A stretch of DNA of 64,000 nucleotides. It comes from Candidatus Omnitrophota bacterium. GTDB lineage: Bacteria; Omnitrophota; Gorgyraeia; 2-01-FULL-45-10. A program made the translations under genes and the position numbers. Position 1 is the first letter of the stretch. Each line of letters begins with the position of its first letter. The notes under the pieces are model-generated. The model worked only from the letters and a program-made list of their open reading frames with translations. It did no database searches and was not told where the DNA came from. The stretch is from contig JAUYOL010000043.1 of NCBI GenBank assembly GCA_030695905.1, forward strand, positions 128,998 to 192,997, written 5' to 3'. Below are positions 1 through 10,129 of this stretch, piece by piece.

Positions 1-251
1 TAACTGTATAATCCCGGATCGCCTGAAACAAGGACGGCTATCCTCTCTTTATCTTTATTCTTTTTTATATATGAGACCGCTTTTTTAAAATGCCCTTCGA
101 GCCGAATCTTTTTTTTATTCCGATACAAAAAAAGTGATAACAGGCGCTCTGCTCCAATCAGGCAATCCGCTCTTTTTATCTCTTTTCTTGCCACGGGCAA
201 TAAATAGTCGATTGCGCCCGGCCCCACTCCGATTATATATACTTTGTTCAT
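1..251 (-). CDS. cbiE: Precorrin-6Y C5,15-methyltransferase subunit CbiE, N-terminal part (gene continues beyond window start)
   Basis: Reverse-complement translation of bases 1-251 gives MNKVYIIGVGPGAIDYLLPVARKEI...VLVSGDPGLYS, typical of the CbiE/CobL tetrapyrrole methylase N-terminus. Its ATG overlaps the cbiD stop in an ATGA arrangement. Confidence 0.6.
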   Translation of the reverse strand, partial: MNKVYIIGVGPGAIDYLLPVARKEIKRADCLIGAERLLSLFLYRNKKKIRLEGHFKKAVSYIKKNKDKERIAVLVSGDPGLYS

Positions 252-1339
252 TTCTTTATTCTTTTTTTTGGATACACTGACAACGCCTTCCCGTGCAGGG
301 AAAGCAGTATGCAACTAACAGAAAGCTGATCATCTACAAATTCATTTATCGCATCCACTGTTCTTTTTGCAATCATATCGAAAACCTGTGTAAGATTATA
401 TTTCATCAATATATCGATAGTGGCTTCTGCACAGGCCTGCTCCATTATATCTTCTAAGATCGGTTTTTTCGCGCCGCAAAGCCTGGCATATCTTGCAATT
501 GTTTTAATGCGATGATCTCCAAATTTGATATTGGTATCAAGCTGGCCATTAGCAACCTTTACCAATTTACCGATATGGCCTATAAGAAGGACTTTATTTA
601 TATTCTTTTTTGCACACTCGGAGAGCATAAACCCGATGTGGTCGCCTATCTTGACCACTGAATCCGGTTTAAGCCCAAGAACTTCTTTGCAAAACTTTTC
701 TCCCACATATCCCAGGATCAGGGTAGCATTTTTATATCCTGCGGCCTTCAAAACATCGAGCTGAAGGGATAAAGATTTCTTGTAAGCGTCCGTTGATTTA
801 GGTTCGACTATGCCCGTAGTGCCGATGATGGAAATGCCGCCTTCTATGCCAAGCCGCCCGTTAAAAGTATGCCTGGCCATCTTCCTTCCCTGCGGGACAC
901 TTATTATTACTTTTATCCCCTTATGCTGTTTCATAAACCGGAGCGAGGCTAAGCAGGGCTTGGTCTCTTTAACAATCATCTGCCTTGGCACTGGATTAAT
1001 CGCATATTCGCCGACGCTTACCGCAAGACCCGGCTTGGTAACTACTCCCACGCCCTCTGCGCCTGTTATTAAAATCCCTTTCTTATCGCAATATTTCACT
1101 TTTGCATATATCCTGGCGCCGTCAGTTACATCAGGGTCATCGCCCGCGTCTTTAACTACCGCGCACCGGGCGAAATCTCTCCCTATCTTTTGGTCGATAA
1201 CCCTTAGATTAAGATGTACGCCCTTAGGGGTTTCTACGTCGACACTTTTTACCACTCTTTTATTGATGAGCATAATACCGGCGGCTTTCGCAGCAGCCTG
1301 GGCACAAGTGCCTGTAGTAAATCCTTTTCTAAGATTCAT
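248..1339 (-). CDS. cbiD: Cobalt-precorrin-5B C1-methyltransferase CbiD
   Basis: 363 aa with the N-terminal GFTTGTCAQAAAKAA motif and overall CbiD-like sequence, inside a cbi operon. Confidence 0.85.
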   Translation of the reverse strand: MNLRKGFTTGTCAQAAAKAAGIMLINKRVVKSVDVETPKGVHLNLRVIDQKIGRDFARCAVVKDAGDDPDVTDGARIYAKVKYCDKKGILITGAEGVGVVTKPGLAVSVGEYAINPVPRQMIVKETKPCLASLRFMKQHKGIKVIISVPQGRKMARHTFNGRLGIEGGISIIGTTGIVEPKSTDAYKKSLSLQLDVLKAAGYKNATLILGYVGEKFCKEVLGLKPDSVVKIGDHIGFMLSECAKKNINKVLLIGHIGKLVKVANGQLDTNIKFGDHRIKTIARYARLCGAKKPILEDIMEQACAEATIDILMKYNLTQVFDMIAKRTVDAINEFVDDQLSVSCILLSLHGKALSVYPKKRIKK

Positions 1340-2172
1340 TTGGATAATATGTTTTTAATCTCTTCCCGCGCCTCGCCTATAGTAAGCGGGAGGCCGTCAA
1401 AATTAATCGCATCGTCCCTTCTTAAGGTCTCGAATAGCTGCCCAATGCGCGGCAATCTCAATTTAGCGTCCCTTATGGCATCGGCATGTGAGAAGACTTC
1501 TTCGGGATCACCATCAAGCACGACCGTTCCTTTATTTAATATAACTACGCGGTCAATAAACACAGGCACCAGATCCACAGAGTGCGTGGTCATGATCATG
1601 GTTATTCCTTTTTCTTTGTTCAATTTTTTTAGTAGCTGCATAATAGAATTAACCCCCATCGGGTCCAGGCACGAGGTCGGCTCATCCAATAACATCACCT
1701 CGGGACCCATGGCTAAAACGCCGGCCAAGCAGATCTTTTTCTTTTCGCCAAAACTTAAATTATGTATAGGTTTTTCGGCAAATGCCGGCATGCCTACAGC
1801 ATCAAGCGCGTGCCCTATTCTTTTGCAGACTTCGTCTTTTTTAAGCCCCATATTCGTCGGACCATAGGCGATATCTTCACCTACTGTGGAAGCAAATAGC
1901 TGGTCATCCGGATTCTGAAACATGGTACAGACTTTGCTGAACAGGATATTCCTGTTGCTAGCCCTGACGTTCTCTCCCTCTAAATAAATTTCACCTTTTG
2001 CAGTTTTTAAGAGGCCGTTGAGTATTTTTAATAGCGTCGTTTTGCCGGAGCCATTGGCGCCTAATATACCCAAAAACTCGCCCTTTTTGATCGAGAGGTC
2101 GATACCCTGTAAAGCAGGCAAGCCGTCAGGATAGCTGAAGTGTAGATTTTTAGTTTCTAAAATGTTGGCCAT
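1336..2172 (-). CDS. cbiO: Cobalt ECF/ABC transporter ATP-binding protein CbiO
   Basis: Walker A GANGSGKTT, ABC signature and Walker B LLDEPTS; located next to cbiQ and cbiMN. Confidence 0.85.
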   Translation of the reverse strand: MANILETKNLHFSYPDGLPALQGIDLSIKKGEFLGILGANGSGKTTLLKILNGLLKTAKGEIYLEGENVRASNRNILFSKVCTMFQNPDDQLFASTVGEDIAYGPTNMGLKKDEVCKRIGHALDAVGMPAFAEKPIHNLSFGEKKKICLAGVLAMGPEVMLLDEPTSCLDPMGVNSIMQLLKKLNKEKGITMIMTTHSVDLVPVFIDRVVILNKGTVVLDGDPEEVFSHADAIRDAKLRLPRIGQLFETLRRDDAINFDGLPLTIGEAREEIKNILSK

Positions 2173-2181
2173 AAACTACCT

Positions 2182-2964
2182 CTAATAAAGTAATATATTT
2201 AATGCCAAAAGCGACGTTAATATTGTAATGAATATGATAACCGCGACAGCATCTTTAATTTTAAAACCTTCTTCCCAAACGATATTCTGCGTCGTTCCGT
2301 TATATCCGCGCAGCACCATAGATTCATAAACCGCTATAGAACGGTCATATGTCCTGATAACGGTTGACCCAATCAATTCGCCAAAAGATTTTAAACTTCG
2401 CGCTAAGCCGCTATACCCAAGGCGAACTCGTTGCGCATCTCTAATAGTTAGCGCATCTTCCAGTAAAACAAATATATAGCGGTAAGTAAGCATGGCTACC
2501 TCGATCCAGGTATCAGGCACTTTAAACCACCGGGCTGCGTTAAGCAGCCTATTTACAGGCGTAGTCATGGACAAGAATACGATTAAAGATACGGCCCCGA
2601 GTGCCTTAGCCACGATTAAAAAACCCTGCATCAGGGGCATGGCAAAAAAGAAAACCTGTATAAGAAAAATCGTACCGGCTATGCTTAAGGGAGTGGCTAA
2701 TCTCCATAGAATAATTTTTACCGGAATCCTGATGCCTAAAAGGAAAACTACGGATAAACAAAGCGCGGTTAGCGGCGCGTAAAACTGGCGTGATGAGATT
2801 ACTATAATTATCGCCGCGGCCACATAAAGCATCTTTACTCTGGCATCCGCTTCCGTCAAATAGTTTTTCTTCTGTGCAAAAGAATCACTAAATATATCAG
2901 CGCGCATTGTCAGTCCTTTTTTCAACGAAAAGTTGACGCCAATAAAAACCCAAAACAAATCCAC
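2182..2964 (-). CDS. cbiQ: Cobalt ECF transporter transmembrane (T) component CbiQ; true start probably the internal Met near 2910
   Basis: Polytopic membrane protein between cbiO and cbiMN. The track ORF overlaps cbiMN by 68 nt, and the internal MRADIFSD start reduces that overlap. Confidence 0.75.
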   Translation of the reverse strand: MDLFWVFIGVNFSLKKGLTMRADIFSDSFAQKKNYLTEADARVKMLYVAAAIIIVISSRQFYAPLTALCLSVVFLLGIRIPVKIILWRLATPLSIAGTIFLIQVFFFAMPLMQGFLIVAKALGAVSLIVFLSMTTPVNRLLNAARWFKVPDTWIEVAMLTYRYIFVLLEDALTIRDAQRVRLGYSGLARSLKSFGELIGSTVIRTYDRSIAVYESMVLRGYNGTTQNIVWEEGFKIKDAVAVIIFITILTSLLALNILLY

Positions 2965-3934
2965 CCGCTATTCCTGCTAAAAGAAAAACAAAAAGCAATA
3001 AATCGCCCTGGTCGGTATTGATAAAAGGCGTCCAGGCGGCCCTTCCATGTTCTTTGGCAACCTTCTCTACCACGCTCTCATCTACGCCGCCCCACTTAGT
3101 TTCTTGCGCAAGCGCAAGGTGGCTATTTGCGGACAAAAGTAATGATATCAACAGAATGCCAACGATCTTCGCCCCGGTTTGCGTGATATGTTTTACATTC
3201 TTTTTTATCACTCCCAGGGAAATTAAAATATCCGGCCTTCTTTTGGCTACAAAAACTATCATACCCCCGGTCAAGAACCCCTCAAGTATACCCAGGGGGA
3301 GTTGAGTAGGAATAAATGCGGTAAGTATAGCGCAAAAAAGAGGGAACATCGGTTTCGTTCCATGAAGAGCCGAGGCTAATTCAAATGAAGTTATAGTATA
3401 GGTGGCCCAATCAGCCAATAGCCCGGCTATAAACCCAGAAATAAATAAAGAAACCCTAAATTTTCTTAATATCTTAAATGCGGCGAAAGCGGCAAAAGAG
3501 CCGGCTATGCCCATAGATACGATATCCGCGCCCCAGGTAGTTATCCCGCCATGTGCCAAAAATAGGGCCTGGATAAGAAGCGCGATAGAAGTTATAAATA
3601 TGCTCATGATCGGCCCGATTAAAATCGCCGATATGCCTGTTCCCGCAGGATGGGAACAGGTCCCTGCGGTTGGTACCGGTACCGGCATACATGAGATAAC
3701 AAAAATAAGCGCTCCCATCATGCCTAAAAGAGGTTTAAAGCTTGGGATCATTTTTGATTTCTTTTTTATATCAACAATACCTTTTATGAGGAAGGGAATC
3801 GCTGCCAGGCACCAAACAGTTGCCCATTTAAGAGGCAGAATCCCTTCTGAAATATGCATTGCCCAGGCCGGACGTGTAAATACGAATAAATACCCAATGG
3901 CAATTAAAACTAAGACCGATATTATTTTACGCAT
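2897..3934 (-). CDS. cbiMN: Cobalt transporter CbiM-CbiN fusion protein
   Basis: N-terminal CbiM-like sequence (signal sequence, HISEG motif, multiple TM segments). The C-terminal roughly 90 aa match CbiN (KWGGVDE...AWTPFI...GDLLLF..LAGIAGGFVLGFYW). 345 aa is too long for CbiM alone. Confidence 0.8.
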   Translation of the reverse strand: MRKIISVLVLIAIGYLFVFTRPAWAMHISEGILPLKWATVWCLAAIPFLIKGIVDIKKKSKMIPSFKPLLGMMGALIFVISCMPVPVPTAGTCSHPAGTGISAILIGPIMSIFITSIALLIQALFLAHGGITTWGADIVSMGIAGSFAAFAAFKILRKFRVSLFISGFIAGLLADWATYTITSFELASALHGTKPMFPLFCAILTAFIPTQLPLGILEGFLTGGMIVFVAKRRPDILISLGVIKKNVKHITQTGAKIVGILLISLLLSANSHLALAQETKWGGVDESVVEKVAKEHGRAAWTPFINTDQGDLLLFVFLLAGIAGGFVLGFYWRQLFVEKRTDNAR

Positions 3935-3935
3935 C

Positions 3936-4568
3936 TTACTCCTTCTCTCTTTTGGCTATCTTTAACAACGCATTAACGCAGGCCGCGGCTGCGCTGGATC
4001 CTCCATACCTGCTCCGATTGGTAATATACGGGATCTTTAAAGTACGTAATTTTTTCTTGGACTCTTTGGCTCCCACAAATCCTACGGGCAGCCCTATTAT
4101 CAAGGAAGGTTCTGCTCTTCCTTTACTGACCATGTCGCAAACTTCGAATAACGCAGTCGGGGCATTGCCTATAACCACGATCCCGCCGTTAATCGATTTA
4201 CAGGCTTTTCTCATGGCCAATATGGAGCGGGTGATATTCAACCGGGAAGCCTGCTTTGCGACACCCTTGTTATCGATAAAACAGATAACCCTGCCTCCGA
4301 AACCGGATAATATTTTTTTATTTATACCGGCTTTGACCATGTTTGCGTCCGCAACAATATTCTTTCCCTTCTTTATCGCTGTCACGGCGGCCCGTATCGC
4401 TTTTGGGTGGAAGAGAATGTCTTTTGCGTAATTAAGGTCACTCGTAGCGTGGATCACTCTAGCCGTGACCTCTTTCTGGGGTCGCGCTAATTTTACATCC
4501 GCCAAATACTTGTCGACTATCCGGAAGCTTTTTAATTCAATCTCTTTAGGGCTGGTGATTATCTGCAC
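3936..4568 (-). CDS. cbiC: Cobalt-precorrin-8 methylmutase CbiC
   Basis: 210 aa with the VIGNAPTALFEV motif typical of CbiC/CobH. Confidence 0.85.
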   Translation of the reverse strand: MQIITSPKEIELKSFRIVDKYLADVKLARPQKEVTARVIHATSDLNYAKDILFHPKAIRAAVTAIKKGKNIVADANMVKAGINKKILSGFGGRVICFIDNKGVAKQASRLNITRSILAMRKACKSINGGIVVIGNAPTALFEVCDMVSKGRAEPSLIIGLPVGFVGAKESKKKLRTLKIPYITNRSRYGGSSAAAACVNALLKIAKREKE

Positions 4569-5185
4569 TATGCAAGGGTCTCCTCTATTATATCCGCAAC
4601 AATATCGGCGATTCTTATATCCTCGCCCAGGTTTTTAGTATATATGAATTTGGTTTTAGGATATTTAGTTTTTTCTTTTTTGATTAAACGGGGAATATCC
4701 CGGGTTACATGGTTGCCGTTAAAAAGGAAAAAAGGGATTATGATCAGCGTTTGACAACCCCGCGCTATCAGATTTTTTATGCTCTGTGCCAGGTCGGGCC
4801 TGAAAGATTGAAGATAGGCGGGGACTATGGTGTTCACCCCCGTCTTCTGCCTGATCGCCCTGACGGTCCTATCCAGGCTGGCATTCGCCTTTTTTAATTT
4901 ACTTCCGTGACTAAGCACTATGACGCCTTTCTTCCCGCTTTGCAACACTCGCCTCCGATATTTACTCTTACTGATCAAATTAAATATATCGTCTGTAACT
5001 TTTCTTTTATGGATCCAATTACAGGATTCGCAGGACCATATGCCCTTCTTGTATTTAGATGAATATACATGGTTACCTTTCTTTTCATCCAGACACGGAT
5101 AAAACGGACAATAGCAGAATGTGCAATCTTCCAACCCTGTATGGCACGGAAAAAACTTACAAGCCTTGTTTAATCTTTTAACCAT
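4568..5185 (-). CDS. cbiX: Sirohydrochlorin cobaltochelatase CbiX (short form) with an N-terminal cysteine-rich small domain
   Basis: C-terminal half is a CbiX-like chelatase fold (VLSHGS...). The N-terminal approximately 60 aa carry CKFFPCH..CTFCYCPFYPC..CESC, a cysteine-rich small domain often fused to CbiX. Confidence 0.7.
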   Translation of the reverse strand: MVKRLNKACKFFPCHTGLEDCTFCYCPFYPCLDEKKGNHVYSSKYKKGIWSCESCNWIHKRKVTDDIFNLISKSKYRRRVLQSGKKGVIVLSHGSKLKKANASLDRTVRAIRQKTGVNTIVPAYLQSFRPDLAQSIKNLIARGCQTLIIIPFFLFNGNHVTRDIPRLIKKEKTKYPKTKFIYTKNLGEDIRIADIVADIIEETLA

Positions 5186-6623
5186 GGCTTACCCCGTTGG
5201 GAAGCCCATTATTTCTAACGGGGTTCATTTTAAATTGTCTGCAACGATCGATAAAATTTTTAGCAAATTCCCTATTGGCGGCAAAATGCAGATGCGCATA
5301 GCTGGCCAATACGTTTCTTCCTATCAAGCCGTCATAAAACACATTATTTTTATCTTTTATTATTTTATAGGCAAAAGGCAGGTCCTTGGGGACATCCGTA
5401 AGACGCGACCAGTGAAACATATGAGCCCTGGACCTGTCGCCTTGTTTACCTAATATATTATCTTTAATAACCCGGACATTCACATAGCCCATCCTATGGA
5501 GCCTGTCACCCATGCTCACCGAACACTTGAATACACCGACCATAGAAAATATTCTCTTTTTGAAATCCATAATACTCTCAACCAGGTACATCAATCCGCC
5601 GCATTCGGCATAAATGGGCAGCCCTGATTCTGCTTTATGATAAATCGACCACCTGAGGCTCTTATTCTTCGATAGGCCGGAAGCAAAAATCTCCGGGAAT
5701 CCGCCTCCTATATATAAACCATCAACACCTTTCGGTAGCTCCCTGTCTTTTAAGGGACTGAATGCGACTATATCTGCCCCCAAGTGACTTAATATATCCA
5801 GGTTATCCTGATAATAGAAATTAAAGGCCGCATCCTTTGCAATGGCTATCCTCACGCGGCTTTTAAGCGGTTCTTTTTTAAATATTACCTCTTTTGCGCA
5901 TGAAATCGACTTTGCCTGCTGTCCTATCTTAAGCAGTCTTGTTAAATTTATATTGGCCTCGACGAGTTTCGATAGCTTTTGGCAAAAACCATGTTGCAGT
6001 TTCTTCTCCTCAAGAGGGACCAGCCCTAAGTGCCTTTCGGATAATTTTAGATTAGCGTCTCTGGGCAAATAACCAAGTACCGATATTCCCGCCTTTTTCT
6101 CAATAGCCGCTTTTATATAATTATAATGATTTATACTCGCTATATTATTCAAAATAATACCCGCTATGTTTACATTTTTATCAAATTTCTTATAGCCCAA
6201 GGCTGTGGCTGCGGCGCTTCTCGATAAAGAGCGCGCATCTAATACAAGGATAACCGGACAATTAAGTATCTTCGCCAAATGAGCAGTTGAACCAAGTTCG
6301 GTATCTTTTAAGCCGTCGTATAAGCCCATGACGCCTTCTATGACAGAAAGGTCGGCATCTTCGGCCCGCCTTTTAAATAACTCTATAATTGTGTTTTTAG
6401 AGAGCAGCCAGCTATCGAGATTTCCACACATCTTACCGGAAGCCTCGGAATGATACGTAGGATCGATATAATCGGGACCGGCCTTGAAAGCCTGCACATT
6501 CACGCCCCTCTTCTTCAAGGCTGAAATTATCCCCAGGGTTAAGGTTGTCTTCCCTACCCCGCTATGAGTACCCGCAATGATAATTCTCGGTAGATTCATC
6601 TTCCCAGCGCGCTTCCTGCGCAA
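5178..6623 (-). CDS. cbiA: Cobyrinate a,c-diamide synthase CbiA
   Basis: 481 aa with an N-terminal P-loop (AGTHSGVGKTT) and a C-terminal glutamine amidotransferase domain; positioned in the cbi operon. Confidence 0.85.
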   Translation of the reverse strand: MRRKRAGKMNLPRIIIAGTHSGVGKTTLTLGIISALKKRGVNVQAFKAGPDYIDPTYHSEASGKMCGNLDSWLLSKNTIIELFKRRAEDADLSVIEGVMGLYDGLKDTELGSTAHLAKILNCPVILVLDARSLSRSAAATALGYKKFDKNVNIAGIILNNIASINHYNYIKAAIEKKAGISVLGYLPRDANLKLSERHLGLVPLEEKKLQHGFCQKLSKLVEANINLTRLLKIGQQAKSISCAKEVIFKKEPLKSRVRIAIAKDAAFNFYYQDNLDILSHLGADIVAFSPLKDRELPKGVDGLYIGGGFPEIFASGLSKNKSLRWSIYHKAESGLPIYAECGGLMYLVESIMDFKKRIFSMVGVFKCSVSMGDRLHRMGYVNVRVIKDNILGKQGDRSRAHMFHWSRLTDVPKDLPFAYKIIKDKNNVFYDGLIGRNVLASYAHLHFAANREFAKNFIDRCRQFKMNPVRNNGLPNGVSHG

Positions 6624-7549
6624 GCCATTAAAAGCACTCCGACAATTAAAAATAATGCCGATGAAATATAAGAGATTTTTATGCTATCTTTAATATGGCC
6701 GATCTCCAATGCATTGATATTATCGCCTATAAATGGTTTTTCAACGGGCCTGGAGTTATAAAAATTTAAACCGCCTAATCGGACTCCCAGCGCCCCTGCA
6801 ACAGCGGCCTCAGGTATTCCGCTGTTCAGGCTGGGATTCTTCCTGCCGTCCCTTCTGGCTATCTTCCATGAATTTAACATGTTCTTGCCCGCAAATAGAC
6901 TGGCAAGCGGCAAGAACAGTATAGACAGTCTTGCCGGTATGAAATTAACTAAAGTATCTATCTTTGCACAGGCCCAGCCGAAATCCTTATATTTGTCGTT
7001 TTTGTACCCGACCATTGAGTCTAAAGTGTTTACCGCCTTATATGCTAATGCTAAAGGAGCTCCGCCAATAAATGCATAAAAAAGAGGAGAGATTACGCCA
7101 TCCACAATATTCTCGGCTACCGTCTCAACCGTAGCGCGGACAACCTCTTGATCTTCCAAATTATCCGTATCTCTCCCGACAATTAAACTTAATTTTATCC
7201 GCGCTGAAATTATATCTTTTTTCTCCAGTGAATGATAAACATCCGCACTTTCTATATCCAGGTCTTTGGCAGCCAGCGAACTATAGATAATAAGGATAGA
7301 AATTATCGAGCCCAAGTATCTGTTAACGGAATATGCTCCCCTGATAATAATAAAGCCGAGGCACCAGGTCACACCAATGACCGATATGGCAAGAATGACC
7401 CCTCCTATCCGCTCATTCCTGAATACTTTCCTTAAAACAGGCTCCAGCTTTTTTATCATCCAGCCTATGCCTTTTACAGGATGCGGGAGCCATCGTGGAT
7501 CACCCAAAATCAAATCTAAAATATAGGCAAGCGCGATTTCAATGGCCAC
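6596..7549 (-). CDS. cbiB: Adenosylcobinamide-phosphate synthase CbiB/CobD
   Basis: 317-aa membrane protein with the characteristic N-terminus LDLILGDPRWLPHPV. Confidence 0.85.
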   Translation of the reverse strand: MAIEIALAYILDLILGDPRWLPHPVKGIGWMIKKLEPVLRKVFRNERIGGVILAISVIGVTWCLGFIIIRGAYSVNRYLGSIISILIIYSSLAAKDLDIESADVYHSLEKKDIISARIKLSLIVGRDTDNLEDQEVVRATVETVAENIVDGVISPLFYAFIGGAPLALAYKAVNTLDSMVGYKNDKYKDFGWACAKIDTLVNFIPARLSILFLPLASLFAGKNMLNSWKIARRDGRKNPSLNSGIPEAAVAGALGVRLGGLNFYNSRPVEKPFIGDNINALEIGHIKDSIKISYISSALFLIVGVLLMACAGSALGR

Positions 7550-7553
7550 CAGA

Positions 7554-9065
7554 TCAAACCTTTACTATATCGTATAGTGATTTCATATTAATATTTCCCC
7601 GTAACAGTTGGGCGAGCTTATCAAATTCCCCATCCGGATCAAAATAAATATTTTGAGGCAATTTCTGCCAACCCTTACTTTGCCGTATTGTATTTAAAAA
7701 TTCTCTTCTGAAAACGTCCGCATCAAACAAGCCATGAATATATGTCCCTAAAACACGGTTGTCTTTACGGCGGAAGCCGTCAAAGCATTTTATTTTCTTA
7801 CCGTTACGCTCTAAAATCTCGAAAAACGGCCTGGGGCTCCCTTTACAGCCGGAAAGACCGTGATGGATCTCATATCCGGAGATTTCTGCTCCTGAAGACA
7901 TATCCTTTGCTTTTACCCTGCTTAAAACCTTATCTTTAGCAAGGTAAGTATTAACCGGTAATAATCCCAGTCCCTCTATATTCCTGCCATTTGATTCCAA
8001 ATGATGCTTATCGGATATATTTTTGCCCAGCATCTGGTAACCGCCGCATATTCCCAGTAAAAATGCCGAAATGTTGGAACTGATGTGCGAAATGATCTTT
8101 TCCGCGAGACCGCTCACTTTAAGATAACGCAGATCTGAAATGGTATTCTTTGTGCCTGGTATGATAATTAAGTCCGGGGCATTCAGTTGTGCCGAATTTT
8201 TTACATACCGCAGCATCACATCGCCTTCTTTTTCTATAGCGTCGAAATCAGTAAAATTTGATATGTGCGGCAGCTGGATCACGGCTATATCCATATATTT
8301 ACCATTTGTACCGCGTCTGCCCCCCGGCAGCCTTTCGTCAAGAGAAACGGAGTCTTCCTCCGGTATCCTTATATCTTTAAAATACGGGACAACTCCCAGG
8401 ACTTTAATGCCAAGACGCCTTTCTAAAAATTTTACGGCCGGCAATAGAAGCGATTTATCGCCGCGGAATTTATTGATAATGATACCTTTAATCATTTTTC
8501 TCTCTTCTTTATTCAATAATTCTAATGTGCCTACAAGCCAGGCAAAGACGCCCCCTTTATCGATATCGCCTACTAAGATTACAGGCGCGTTGGCATGTCT
8601 GGCCATCTTCATGTTTACAAGATCGTGTCTCTTTAAATTTATTTCTGCAGGGCTGCCGGCTCCTTCGATAACAACAATATCATACGCGCGACTAAGTCTC
8701 GCAAAAGATTGCTTTACCACATTTTTAAACTTCTTTTTATGCTTTATATACTCCGCGGCCTTCATATTCCCATAGGGCTTACCTCTGACGATGATTTGTG
8801 AACCAATATCGCTTGTAGGCTTGATCAGGATCGGATTCATATCTACGCTGGGTTCTATCCGGCAGGCCGCAGCCTGGCTTGCCTGGGCGCGGCCGATCTC
8901 GCCCTCTTCTTTTGTTACAAAAGAATTTAACGCCATATTCTGGGCTTTAAAGGGGCATACCCTGTAGCCATCCTGTAAAAATATCCTGCACAGGGCGCTG
9001 ACTATAACGCTTTTTCCTACCCCAGAGCCCGTTCCGCAGATTTGCAGCGTTTTTGCTCTCTTCAT
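7554..9065 (-). CDS. cobQ: Cobyric acid synthase CobQ/CbiP
   Basis: 503 aa with an N-terminal GTGSGVGKS P-loop and a C-terminal GATase domain. Confidence 0.85.
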   Translation of the reverse strand: MKRAKTLQICGTGSGVGKSVIVSALCRIFLQDGYRVCPFKAQNMALNSFVTKEEGEIGRAQASQAAACRIEPSVDMNPILIKPTSDIGSQIIVRGKPYGNMKAAEYIKHKKKFKNVVKQSFARLSRAYDIVVIEGAGSPAEINLKRHDLVNMKMARHANAPVILVGDIDKGGVFAWLVGTLELLNKEERKMIKGIIINKFRGDKSLLLPAVKFLERRLGIKVLGVVPYFKDIRIPEEDSVSLDERLPGGRRGTNGKYMDIAVIQLPHISNFTDFDAIEKEGDVMLRYVKNSAQLNAPDLIIIPGTKNTISDLRYLKVSGLAEKIISHISSNISAFLLGICGGYQMLGKNISDKHHLESNGRNIEGLGLLPVNTYLAKDKVLSRVKAKDMSSGAEISGYEIHHGLSGCKGSPRPFFEILERNGKKIKCFDGFRRKDNRVLGTYIHGLFDADVFRREFLNTIRQSKGWQKLPQNIYFDPDGEFDKLAQLLRGNINMKSLYDIVKV

Positions 9066-10129
9066 CGAATGGCCTTTTTGATACTGCTTATAAGACGATT
9101 GTTATCCATTCTTCTTCTTACCGCCACGCGGAAGAATCTGCCGTTTAAGCCCCTGAAGTTGCCGCAGTCTCTGATATAAATGCCATCTCGCAATAACCGC
9201 CGTTTTAATCCTCCGCAATCACGGATAGACGCATCCTGAAGCTTGCATAAAATAAAATTCGCGGATGACGGGTAGGCCTTCAGCCCTTTTATATTGTTTA
9301 ATGCTTCTGACATGTACCGCCGTTCTTCGGAAATAAATACAGGTGTTTTTTTCATATAGGCTCTATCCTTGATGGCTTCTTTTCCCGCAAGCTGTGCCAG
9401 GATATTCACGTTCCAGGGGTATTGAAAACCGGCTATTTTCTTTATAATATTTTTATGAGCTACGGCATATCCCAGCCTCAAGCCCGGCATGGCAAAGAAT
9501 TTGGTCAGAGATCTTAATACTATTAAATATCCGCTCTTTACCGCCTCTTTTACGATACCTGATGCCGCCGCTTCTTTTGTAAATTCGATAAATGCCTCGT
9601 CGAGTATCAGCGTGGTTTTACGTTTTTTGCACAAGTACGCAATGCGCAGGACTTCATCGGCATTCAGCAAAGAGCCCGTAGGATTATTCGGGTTGCACAG
9701 GAAAAGGGCGCAGCATTGTTTTAATGCGTCGGCTATTTTTGCCGGATCAACTTTAAAATTATCTCTTTCATCTGTATTTAAAAAAACTATTTTCGAATTA
9801 TTTGCCTTTAACGCAAGTTCATACTCGCTGAATGTCGGCACAGGGATAATGGCCCTTTTTATTTTAATCGCCCTGGGAATAAGGTGGATCAACTCTATAG
9901 AACCATTCCCAATAACAACATTCTCCGGCTTTACATTATTAAGCAGGGCCAGCCTGTTTTTCAATCTTTCCGATGAGGGGTCAGGATAGGACAATACGGC
10001 GTCTGTGCTTTTGGAAATAATGCTTGCTACCCTCCCAGGCAGACCCATAGGATTTATGTTGACACTAAAATCGAGTATATTCGATCTTAAACAGTCGCCG
10101 CCGTGATTTCCATGTGTCATATATTGCAA
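9062..10129 (-). CDS. cobD: L-threonine-O-3-phosphate decarboxylase CobD (class I/II aminotransferase fold)
   Basis: PLP aminotransferase-like protein (SLTKFFAMPGLRLGY) sitting between cobQ and cobS. Confidence 0.75.
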   Translation of the reverse strand: MQYMTHGNHGGDCLRSNILDFSVNINPMGLPGRVASIISKSTDAVLSYPDPSSERLKNRLALLNNVKPENVVIGNGSIELIHLIPRAIKIKRAIIPVPTFSEYELALKANNSKIVFLNTDERDNFKVDPAKIADALKQCCALFLCNPNNPTGSLLNADEVLRIAYLCKKRKTTLILDEAFIEFTKEAAASGIVKEAVKSGYLIVLRSLTKFFAMPGLRLGYAVAHKNIIKKIAGFQYPWNVNILAQLAGKEAIKDRAYMKKTPVFISEERRYMSEALNNIKGLKAYPSSANFILCKLQDASIRDCGGLKRRLLRDGIYIRDCGNFRGLNGRFFRVAVRRRMDNNRLISSIKKAIR

